DNA of 63,834 bases, counting the filler, from Reclinomonas americana ATCC 50394 (taxonomy: Eukaryota), in assembly GCA_048213135.1 (NCBI GenBank). It is 16 parts of 16 records of this genome, joined end to end, with 100 filler letters (N's around TTAATTAATTAA, not from the genome) between each part and the next. Parts side by side here need not be neighbours in the genome. Positions count along the whole stretch, not along the records: positions 1 to 2,379 come from AFZH01018777.1; positions 2,480 to 7,862 come from AFZH01018778.1; positions 7,963 to 14,049 come from AFZH01018779.1; 13 more parts are not named here. One strand, given 5' to 3'. Position numbers and translations under genes: made by a program. The notes under the pieces were generated by a model. The model had not been told where the DNA came from. It did no database searches and was given only the letters and a program-made list of their open reading frames with translations. Position 1 is the stretch's first letter, and each line of letters starts with the position of its first letter. This document shows, piece after piece, positions 1-12,000 of the stretch.

Positions 1-3000
1 CGATCATCTCCACCACCCCCTGCCCCCCTTCCGCCACTCACCAAAAACTCGAAACGCCGACGTCGGCGAGATGTCATACAACGACACATCGTCGACCTCT
101 GGTGTCACCTCGAACACATAATCGGTACCACTCTGCAGTCTCAGCCCACTGGCACTCGTGGACAGCGTCAGCGCAGCCGTGTTGGTGCCGTTCAACGCAC
201 GAGCCAGCTCGGCGGCCGTGCCGCTGATTGCATCACGCGACGTCGAGACCGTGGAGCTGGCACCAGCAGTACACGCGCCGAGCACGTGCGTCGCCACACG
301 CCCAAGTGACACGAGCGAGCCGCCAGAGCTGGACCGTTGTTGCAGCTGCATCTTGTGTCAGTGCTGGCTGTCGCTACTCTATCGGATGGCCGTGCAAGAC
401 TCACACTAATGGTAAAGTTGGTGGCCTTGGGTGGTCCGTCACAAATCCACGTGACAAACAGCGGCTCACTGATCGACGCTGGTTCCGTCTGAGTGGCCGA
501 TGCACGACTTGCAATGCTCGGATCTGCAACGGTGAAAGAAATAGTGAATGTGCAGTCAATCGCTCGATGCCTTCCTCTTCCCATTGAGCAACTATGCTAC
601 TCTTGCTCTCCTGCTCCGTTCACGTTCCGCACAATCTCACAGTCGACTCTCCGTTTCTTGCTCTGCGTACGAATCCGCTGGCATGTCTCTTTCTCTGTCT
701 TCATCTTTCCTCCCCTTTAGTCCTCGCACAGTCTATGATGACACTCTATATCTCAGCTTTCGAGACCCTGTTTAAGCTCTCTCTGATTCTCTGATTCTCT
801 TTTTGTGCTTTCACTCATCAATTCTCCCTCTCGCCTCTCTCTCCTCTGCCACTAAACTCCTTTCTCACTCTTACTTTCTGTCTCTCTCTGTGTCTCTGTC
901 TCTCATCGTCCTCTCATTTCTCTCTCGCCACTGCCACTAGACTCCTTTTTCACTCTTCTGTTTCCTGTCTCTCTCTGTGTCTCTGTCTCTCTTCGTCCTC
1001 TCATATCGATATCTCTCTCTCCTCCGCCATTAAACTCCTTTCTCACTCTCTTACTTCCTGTCTCTCTCTGTGTCTCTGTCTCGCATCGTCCTCCTCCCCT
1101 CGCCCTCTCTCTTCTCTTTCCTGATCTTAATGCCACTACGTTTCTGCACTTTCTCCCTTTTCTCTTGTTAACCCACATTCTCTTCCACAAGTTCCCGCCT
1201 CTTTCTCCACTTCCTTTCTACCCCTCTTCCCCCCTTCCACTTCCGCCTTTCCCCTTCCCCTTTTCACCCTCACATTTCAGCATAAACGGATCCGTCAACC
1301 CCACCACCGTGCCATTCGTCGACGCCTCCGTCACCACAACTCGAAGCGTGGTGCTCGACGACACCAAGCCTCTCACCGCCTTCAGCGACGCATCCAGCTC
1401 GGCGGTCGACAATGTGCTGTCCACTCCACTGGCCAATTCTGCTTGTTTTACAAAGGTGCCTGGGACGCGAAAGGATGAGAAGTTATTCTGAACCACGATG
1501 CCACGGCTTGTGAGCAACACGCACCATTCACAAGCACCCACAGCTCCACGTTGACCTTCGTTGTCATCACGGCAGAAGAAAGCCAGTTGACCGAGTTGCC
1601 CGAGTTGGCATACACCACACTAGTGGCCAGCGTTGTGGTGCCGGAGGGAACACTTGTTGCCACACCGGGAGCGAGAGAGACAGAGGGAGGAGGCGGAGGC
1701 GGCGGTGGTTCTGTTGGTGCGTGAGTGTCACGTTTAAGCACATCAGCACGATCTCCATCACAAGGAGGAATCAGGTAACCTATCCCTCTAAACCTAACAC
1801 ATACACATCAACAGGCTTTTCCTTTCCGTGATAATCAACAGACAAGCTTCTTTCTGCTGCGTACTTTGTTGTTCTCATCTCCTCGTGCTGTATTTCCTCT
1901 CACACACTCATCCTACTTTGGCACAGTGTCAGCACCTGCATCGCCGATCGCTCACTCTCACCTCGTCTTTCCCCTCCACAATTCTCATGCACTTTGCCTC
2001 CTTTCCCTCTCCAATGCCCTCCCTTTGTTCTCTCTCCCTCTCCAATTTCCACCCTCTTCTCTCCCCTCTCCTTGCCCTCCCTCTCCTCTCCGTCCCTCTT
2101 TCATCCCTTTCCCTCCCTCTCCTCTTCCTTTCCCTTTCCCCTTCCCCTCCCTCTCCTCCCCTCCCTCCCTCTCCTCTCCCTCTCCTCTCCCTCCCTCTCC
2201 TCTCCCTCTCTCTCCTCTCCCTCCCTCTCCTGTCCTATTCCCTCTCCTCTCCCTCCCTCTCCTCTCCTATTCCCTCTCTTCCCTCTCCTCTGCTTCTCCC
2301 TCTCCTCACCTTCTCCAATCACCAGCGTGCTGTTCACCCGACCACCCTGCCCGTCATCCACCAAGATCACCACCTCCATNNNNNNNNNNNNNNNNNNNNN
2401 NNNNNNNNNNNNNNNNNNNNNNNTTAATTAATTAANNNNNNNNNNNNNNNNNNNNNNNNNNNNNNNNNNNNNNNNNNNNCCCACTGCCCGACAAGCGATC
2501 CACATTCACCCTCAGCTCCGTGGTAGCAATGTAGAATTTGTCCTGCGGCGCGCATGCCAAAGGTCAGCGATCTTTATCACCACAAACGAACAAGCAAACA
2601 GCAGCAGAGGGCAATGAAGAACCTGAGCAGCGCCGCCAACCAACGTAAATGTGTGCGACTGACAGCAGTTGGCGTCCAGCGCACGAAGACGCCCCACCAG
2701 TCCATTCCGCGACGCCGGACCCTTGAACAGCAGCGGTTCAATCGCCACCCCCACCGGCACCGCGTTCGCTGTCATGACAGGCATTGATGAGCGGCAGAAG
2801 TGGTATCGACAAGCATTCGTCGCATTGCACTCACCCTCCATGATGGAAAAGGTCTTCTCCAACCACAAGCCGCCCGAATCCGATGTGCGCACCGTTACCT
2901 CCAGCGGCTGGCCGCCAATATTCTCCTTCGTGAAGCGCAGCTTGTTGCCAGCAATGTTGAACAGGGCCGCCTGACCGCCTCCTCGAATCGAATATGTGAA

Positions 3001-6000
3001 CGAATCGCAGCAGTTGGCGTCGGCGGTCGTCAGCGTGCCGACAACATAGTTGGGTGTCAGCGTGCGTGGCACGTAGGTGGTGGCCGAGAGGGAAAGTGTA
3101 CTGGGTGCGACGGCCTCTGCAAAAGGAAAGCATGCACATGTCCGGTGAGTACCATGAGTGGCAGAGGAGCGCACACAGTGGCAGATGCAAAATCACCTTC
3201 GGAAATCAAAAACGTCTTCTGCAGCACGCCACCCTGCTGGTCGTCGGTCTGTATTGCCACCTCCAGATTCACGCCAATGAGTGGAGACACATCTGACACC
3301 AGCTTGTCTCCTTGGATGCGGAACTTGGTCTGCAAACGCACATATGGCGTGAGAGCCGAGAAGACCAACGAAGAAGAATATGCACGAAACACGAACCGCA
3401 TCCGCCCCTCCAACAATCGAATACACCAGGCTGACACAGCAATTCGGATGGGCGGTGTGCAGGGTTGCAATGGTACCGCCGAGAGCGAGTCCCAGTGGGA
3501 AAGTGGTGCGATTCATCGTCAGTGCCAGGGGCATCAAATGCGCTGTGCAGGATTGAGAATAACGCACGATGAACTGGCAAGTCGGGTTTCCTTCAACACA
3601 CCCTCGCCGATCACAAAGAGCTTCGTGAACGTGTTTTCTGTTGAATCCGTGACCGTGATCCTCACTCGCAGCGTCCCCGTGTCACCAACCTGCGTCATCA
3701 CCAGCTGGTCGTCGGTAACGTCAAAGTGCGACTGCGGGAGAAACAGAGATTTGAGTGTAACACACCGATACTGTCTCACTTCTCACACAACGCCAACCCG
3801 TCAGTCACTCTCCCTGTCGCCTCTCTTGCACTTCCCGTGCCCTATTTCTCACTCACCACATTCTAACTGCAGCACTACTGCTTCCTTCATCTCCCTCAAC
3901 ACATAGAAATCCTATTCTCTTGCAAAACGTCTTTTGTCTTGCTCTCTCACCCTCGTCCCTAGTATTATTTTGCAGCCAGCTCGGCTCTAAATCGTCGCCC
4001 TCCCTTCTTCATTCTTCTTCCCCCATTTTCATTCTCTCACACAGTTTCTGTTGTCTTGCCCTCTCACCCTTGCCATTTGATCAACTACTCTTCCTCTCTT
4101 GTAGAAGTCTTGCAGCCAGTTCGACTTTCTATCGTCACCCTCCCTTCTTCTTTCTTCTCCCCCACATCCATTCTCTCGCACAACATCTGTTGACTTGCTC
4201 TCTCACTCTTGTCACTTGATCAACTACTCGTCCTCCTTCAAGAGTTCTTGCAGCCACTTCGCCTACCTTTCGTCGGTCTCCCTTCTTCTTCTTCCATCCC
4301 CCACACTCACCGCATCCTTTCCCGGCACAATCTCATACGTGAACGTGTCCTTGGTGTTGCCGTCCACTGCCGACAAGATGCCAACCAGCGTGTTCACCAG
4401 GGCAACAGGTGGCGTATACACGGCATTCGACAGCACAATGTCCGTCGGCGCGACAGGCACTGTCCAGATAGATAACGATCAGCAAAGCACACATCCACAA
4501 ATCACAAAAGCACGTGAACGCCAAACCGCACACCATCGGTGATAGTCAGGACTTTGTCCAAGAACGCCCCTCCCGAGTCCGTCGAGCGCACAGTGACAGT
4601 GAACCGGGCGCCGCGTTGTTGCGCATTGCGCAGCGCCAACGTCGAGCCATTGATGATTCGGAAGAGGGAAGCAGAGGGTCCACCCAGCAGCGTGTACGTG
4701 AATGTCTCGTTGGTGTTGTCGTCATCCGTGGCCAGTGTGCCAATAACCGTATTGATCGTCACAGTCGGGGGCGTATAGGTTGCGTTGGGAAGCAGCTGGA
4801 TGTCCGACGGAGGCACGTTGACTGCATGCAATCACATCATTGGCGAACAGTGTGGCACCCCCGCTTTGGATCATCGAGACACACCTTCGTTGATCAGGAG
4901 CGTCTTGTCAAACACAAGACCAGCAGCATCCGTTGTGCGCACCACAACCTCGAGTCCATTGCCGGTGACGTTGGCCGGCACGAGGAGCAGCTTGTTGGAA
5001 TTGGTCACTGTAAACTGAGCCTGTGCCGCACCGCCGACCACCGCATACACATGATCCTGTCCGACATTGGCGTCCACCGTCGAGAGCGTGCCGATGATCA
5101 TGTTGCCGACGGCGCTCCGCGGCACATACGTCGATGATGAGAGCAAAATGTCCGTCGGTTGCACATTGGCTGTGACAGATGGAGAGCAGGAGCGTGAGAT
5201 TGCAGAAGACAACAAAGGATCGTCTCTTCTTCTTTCCCCTCCACCATCTCTGACGTGCCATCACCCATCTCTCGAACGCACCTTCCGATATGGTGAACGA
5301 GCTGACGCATTGCCCACCCAGTCCATCGCTCACTTGAAGCTGCACTTGCAGTCGCGACACAATCGTCGTGTCGTAGCGTAGATACAGCATCGAATCCGAG
5401 CCAACGTAGAACCGCATGGCATCGATGCCGCCGACCACAGTAAATGTGAATGTCTGACAACAGTTGTCGTCGACAGCCGTCAGTGCGCCGACAACAACAA
5501 TGGCAGTCGTGCCAGGCGGCACATACGACGTGTTGCTAAGTTGCACCGCGGTGGGGAACACATTCCCTGAATGTTGGGAAGCACAAGAGAGAGAGAGAGG
5601 TCAGCAGAGTATGTTACTGCAACAAGCTCTGGCTCGTCGAGTCACGAAACTCTCATCCAGGGTGAATGTCCGCGTAATCACATCGCCGCTGGCCGCACAC
5701 GTGCCAGTAACTTCAACAACAAGCCTGTTCCCGGTGACGCGAGCCACACGAGTGACCAGTGAGGAACCATTGATCGTGAAGCTCGCAGCATCGGCGCCGC
5801 CGGTGACACTAAAGGTGTACGTGTCGGCAATGTTGGCGTCGGTCACTGACAGCACACCGACAACCAGGTTGGGAAGGGGCCAGTTGGGCGTGTAGACATT
5901 GGTCGACAGCGCCAAGTCGGAGGGCGGAACGTTGGCTGTACGGGGCGAGGATGAAGGTGAATACAAGGCACATTTGGCGATGAAACGAGTGAGCAGCAGG

Positions 6001-9000
6001 AACCGAACAACAAGGAACAAATAACAGATGAAAGCTCAACACATGACGGAAGTGGCCATGGAAGGGAGAGGAAGGCCAGGGAGGGGAAGGGAGCGAAAAT
6101 GGGAGACAGCTATACAATACATACGCCCACCAACATCACATCAACGAGCAGGAACACCATCAAGTAATAAAACAGGAAATGTACAGCACGATACAACCAA
6201 ACAACACTCGAACACCAGATGCATGAAGAGAGAGAGAGAAGCGAATGACAGTACAACTTAAATACACCCACCGAAACCCATATCAACAAACGCGAGCAAG
6301 AGAAAGAAAGGATGAAGACAAAATCATACAAGGCGGAAACCGTAATTCCTCCCTCTCTCACTCTCTCTCTCTCCACTTTCCACTCTCCCCTCTCCCCACT
6401 CTCCCCTCTCCCCTCTCCCCTCTCCCCTCTCCCCTCTCCCCTCTCCCTCTCCCTGCTCCCTCTCCCCGCTCCCTCCCTTCCCCTCCTTCCGCACCATCAT
6501 TCACGGTGAACATCTTGTCGAAAGTGACGCCAAATCGATCCGCGGTACGAACAACCACACGGAATCCATTGCCCACCAGTCCCACCGGCAAGAGAGCCAG
6601 CTGATTGTCGTTGACAATCGAAAAGTACGAAGCCGCAGCACCGCCAACAACCGAGTACGTGAACGACTCGTTGCTGTTGCCGTCCACCGTCGACAGCGTG
6701 CCGACAATGACGCCAGTCATCGCAGTCGGCGGTGCGTATGTGTTCGACGACAGTGTAATGTCAGTTGGTGGCACATTGACTGCATGCGAGTATGGTGAAT
6801 AAGCATACATCAAACGCGAAGTTCCACAACCAGACAGCTCACCTTCGTTGACACTAAACGATTGTTGCATCGAGAGCGCAGGCATGGCATTATCGGTCGA
6901 CTGAATGATGATTGACAAGTTGCTTCCACGCTGACCGGCAAGGCGCAGCACCAATTGGTTGCCGTTGATAATGTCGAACAGCGCAGCGTCAGCGCCACCG
7001 GCAATCGTGTACGAAAACAATTGACAGCAGTTGAGATCCACAGTGGACAGCGAGCCGATAAGTTGATTGGCGGCCGCCGTTGGCGGCGAATATGTCGCGG
7101 CAGAGAGCACGATGCGAGTGGAGGGGATATTCACTGCGTTACCATCGGCAAGAGAATGTTAGATTGGGAAGCATTAAACGAGAGAGCAATGGAAAGGGGC
7201 AGCTATCTAATATCCCTCGTCTCTATCGCTGAGTTTCTCATACAGTGTCTCATTCTGTCATCTCTCTCTCTCTCTCGCTGTCTCATTCAATGCCTCACTC
7301 TGTTTCTCTCTCGGTTTCATTTCTTTTCTCTCACACGCTGTGTGCGTCAATCTGTCTCTCCCTCCTCTCAGTCTCTCCTTCCCTTGTTGCCTCGTGCAAT
7401 GTCTCATTCTGCTATTACTCTCTCTGGTTTATTCAGTTTGCTCTCTCACAAGGTACAACACCTAATCACTGTTTCTCTCATCCTCTGTCTCAGGCAATGT
7501 CTCTTTCTGGTTTCTCTCCTCGGATAATTTTTGTTTCTCTCTCACGCTGTACGCTTCTATCTGTCTCTCGTTCCCAAGATGTCTCATTCGATGTCTCATT
7601 CTTTTTTCTCTCTCACACTGCCTTTGTTTGTTAATCTCTGTCTCTCTCTCTCTCATAAACTCTGCAGCTTAAACCACGAAAGTAATTTCACGATTTCACC
7701 CCCTCTCCTCTTTCCCTCCGTCTCTCTCTCCCCCTCTCCCTCTTCCCCCTTTACCCTTTCCCTTATCTCCCCCTTCTCCGCCTCGCACCTTCGTTGACCA
7801 CAAACGACCTGACCTGCGTCCCTCCAGCACCGTCCGCCACCTCCACGCTCACTTGCAACCCTNNNNNNNNNNNNNNNNNNNNNNNNNNNNNNNNNNNNNN
7901 NNNNNNTTAATTAATTAANNNNNNNNNNNNNNNNNNNNNNNNNNNNNNNNNNNNNNNNNNNNGTGCCCGTGAGTCCGCCAGCCACGTTGCTGCGCAGCTG
8001 ATTGCCCACAATCGCAAACTTGGCCTGATCAGCGCCACCCACCAGCCGGTACGTCAGCGTCTGGCAGCAGTTGGCATCCGTGGCCGAAAGCATGCCAACC
8101 ACGGAGTTCAGGGCCAGCGGCGGGCGATAGTCAGTCGGAGAGAGTGTGAGACCCGTAGGCGGGAGATTGGCTGCGGTGAACAGAGACAGAAAATGAGTAT
8201 TTTAGGAAAAACAAGAAGCACGCTGCCATGAGCCGGACTCACCAGCATTGATGGTAAACAACTGCATGAAGGAAAGCGGTGGCGTACCACTGTCTGTAGC
8301 CTGGATGCTGACGCTGAGTGGCGCGGTTGTCTCGGTAGCACTGCTGATGAACAGCTGATTGCCGTTCGTCACTCGAAACAGAGAACCGTCGCCAAGGGGG
8401 AGCACAGTGAATGAGCACGACTGCCCCGTGTTCACGTCGGCACAGCTGAGTGTGCCGACCAGTGCCAGAGGCAGTTGTGTCGGATCATATAACAACGACG
8501 ACAGTGTGATACTGCTCGGAGCCACGTTTGCTGCGCGCATGACAGGCGAGTTGAGAGTCGTGCACGATCTTATCATCGCATTCTGAAAATCGTACATACC
8601 TTCGCTGATGGAGAACATTGCGCTCACCGTGCCGCCCGCCCCGTCACTCACTTGCACCGTCACTTGCAGATTGTAGCCCGTCAAGCCCCCCACATTGCTT
8701 CGCAGCGACGAGCCGCTGATGTTGAACAGCGCTGCATTGGTGCCGCCGGTGATGCTGAACGACAGCATCTGTCCCGTATTCGGGTCGACAGATGACAGCG
8801 CGCCAATCACGCCATTCAGCGGCAGGGGTGGCGCGAACAGGTTGTTTGACAGAACAGGAGCCGTCGGCAGCACGTTCACTGCATACAAACACACACCAGA
8901 GATGAGTGCAACGATATGCTCGAGCAACAGCCTGCCATGAGACTCACCCTCACTGATGGTGAACATGGAACTGGCGACTCCACCTGCGCCGTCGCTGACG

Positions 9001-12000
9001 CTCACTGATACTTGCAGACCATTACCGGTCAGCCCCGCCACATTCGAGCACAGATTCGAGCCGATAATGACAAAAGACGCCTGATTCGCGCCACCCGCGA
9101 TCGAGAACACAAGCGTCTGACCAGTGTTGGGATCGCTCGATGACAGTGCTCCAATGATGCCATTCACGGCGAGAGGTGGAGTGTACAAGCTGGTTGACAA
9201 CGTCGGTGCCGACGGTATCACGTTGCCTGCTCATTCTTGTCAGCCACACGGTAGGTACGCGACAGCATTTTCGTGATGCACGCAACTCTCAGAAATCGAA
9301 AACGCGCTGCTGGCCGATCCACCTGCTCCATCGCTCACCAGCACCGCCAACTGCAAGCTGTTGCCGGTGAGGCCGGCCACGTTGGAGCGCAGCGTCGTGC
9401 CGCTGATATTGAACGAGGCTTGACTTGTGCCACCAGTGATTGTGTAGGTCAGCGTCTGACCCGTGTTGGCGTCGGTCGACGACAGAGTGCCAATCGTGCC
9501 GTTGAGGGCGAGCGGCGGTACGTACAAGGCAGAGGACAGAGTTGGCGCAGAGGGGTTGACGTTTGCTGCGCAACAGAAAACATGAGTCATCCAGCCACAA
9601 GATGTTGTTGACGAATGAAGTCGCCCACCTTCGCTGATTGTGAACGTAGTATTGGCCACTCCACCGGCTCCGTCGCTTACGCGCACAGTCACTACAAGTC
9701 CGTTTCCTGTGAGGCTAGCCACATTCGACCGCAGACTGGTGCCACTGATGTTGAATGAGGCCTGATTCGTGCCGCCCGCGATTGCAAAAGTCAGCGTCTG
9801 TCCAGTGTTGGGATCCGACGACGACAGCGTGCCGATGACGCCGTTCAGCGCCAGCGGTGGTATATACGCGGTGGAAGAAAGGAGCGGCGCAGTGGGCACG
9901 ACGTTGGCTGCAGGAAAGGTGAGTTGGTGCCAAAGAAGGGCGACAGTCACACACAAACGCACCTTCGCTGATGGTGAACATGCTGCTGGACACGCCGCCG
10001 GCTCCGTCGCTCACTTGCACGGTGACTTGCAGTCCGTTTCCGGTCAGCGCAGCCACGTTCGACCGCAAGCTCGAGCCACTGATGTTGAATGACGACGCAT
10101 CGGTGCCGCCGACAATGGTGAACAGCAGCGGTTGTCCAGTGTTGGGATCCGTCGAAGACAGCGTGCCAATCACGCCATTCATCACAAGCGGCGGTATGTA
10201 GGTGGACGTGGAGAGAGTTGGTGCACTGGGGGACACGTTGACTGGCACAACGAAAAAAGCAGAAGTGAGCAACTCACAGTATCACACACGCAATAACGAG
10301 ACCCCTTCACACCTTCGCTGATTGAGAATGTACTGCTGTTCGTTCCGCCAGCTCCATCGTTCACTAGCACGGTCACTTGCAGCCCGTTGCCAGTCAAGCC
10401 CGCCACATTGGAGAGCAAGCTCGTGCCACTAATGTTGAATGAGGCCTGGTTCGTGCCGCCCGTAATGGTGAACGTGAGCATCTGGCCAGTATTTGGATCC
10501 ACCGATGACAAAGTGGCAATCACTCCGTTCAGGGCCAGCGGTGGAATGTAGGCGGACGTGGAGAGTGTTGGCGCAGTGGGTATCACGTTTGCTGGTGAAA
10601 GGTGGAATAGAATGTTAATAGAACAACAAGATCCATGGCAAGCACAATAACATTCTCACCTTCGTTGAGAGTAAACGTTGTGCTCGCAGTTCCACCAGCT
10701 CCATCGCTCACTCGTACAGTCACCTGCAGCCCATTGCCCGTCAGGCCAGCAACATTCGACAGCAAACTTGTGCCACTGATGGTGAACGAGGTCTGGTTCG
10801 TGCCGCCAATGATGGTGAACGTGAGCGTCTGGCCAGTGTTGGGGTCTGTCGAAGATAGCGTTCCGATCATGCCGTTCAGCGCAAGCGGCGGTATGTAGGT
10901 GGACGCGGAGAGAGTCGGCGCAGTGGGTACCACATTGGCTGGCAGGATGAAGAAGCAGGAGTGAGTTTGAAACTCATCAAACACGCAGCTCAAGAGTACA
11001 ACAATCTTTCACACCTTCGCTAATGGTGAGTGCCGTGTTTGCCGCGCCACCTGCTCCATCGCTCACTTGCACGGTTACTTGCAGCCCGTTGCCCGTCAGC
11101 CCCGCCACATTGGAGCGCAAGGTGGTGCCACTGATGTTGAACGAGGCCTGATTTGTACCGCCACTGATGGTGTACGTCAGCATCTGCCCGGTGTTTGCAT
11201 CTGTCGACGCCAGCGTGCCAATCACTCCATTGAGGGCCAGCGGTGGCGTATACGTCAACAAGGAGAGCGTTGGCGCCGTGGGCAACACATTGGCTGTCAC
11301 CAACAGCAGAGAAGGTGAGAAGCAGGACTAGGACAAATAAGCGGCGCACAGCGCACCTTCGCTGATGGAAAACGTGGTACTATTCGTTCCTCCTGCACCG
11401 TCACTCACTTGCACCGTCACCAGCAATATGTTGCCTGTCAATGCAGCAACATTCGAGAAAAGATTCGTGCCACTGATATTGAAAGAGGCCTGATTCGTGC
11501 CGCCGATAATGGTGAACGTGAGCGTCTGACCAGTGTTTGGATCCGTCGAAGACAGCGTGCCAATCAAGCCATTCATCGCCAGCGGCGGCGGGTATGTGGA
11601 CGAGGAGAGTGTTGGCACAGTTGGTGTCACGTTCGCTGTGAGGCAACACGAGTAGCGTCAGCCGACGGAAACGTTAGTGTGAAGAGACGGATGGAGGGTG
11701 TAGATCAGTGCACCTTCGCTGATCGAGAACGTCGCACTCGCTGTTCCACCAGCGCCATCGCTCACTTGCACCGTCACTTGCAGCAGATTTCCGGTCAGTC
11801 CCGCCACACTGGAGCGCAGACTTGTTCCGCTGATATTGAACGAGGCCTGACTTGTGCCACCCGTGATGGTGTAGGTAAGCGTCTGGCCCGTGTTGGCATC
11901 GGTCGACGACAATACGCCGATGATGCCATTCATAGCCAAAGGCGGAATGTACGTCGATGAAGACAGAGTCGGTGCCGTCGGCAACACATTGCCTGTCAAC

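Noticed and set aside
1828..2431. Long Pro/Leu/Ser or Arg/Glu/Gly ORFs (also ~7245-7797, 36016-37916, 47582-47932, 57202-57715)
   Set aside because: Stop-poor translations of CT-rich intronic microsatellites.
2424..2435. Recurrent TTAATTAATTAA palindrome and ORFs ending in 'LIN'
   Set aside because: Synthetic six-frame-stop linker inside the N gaps.
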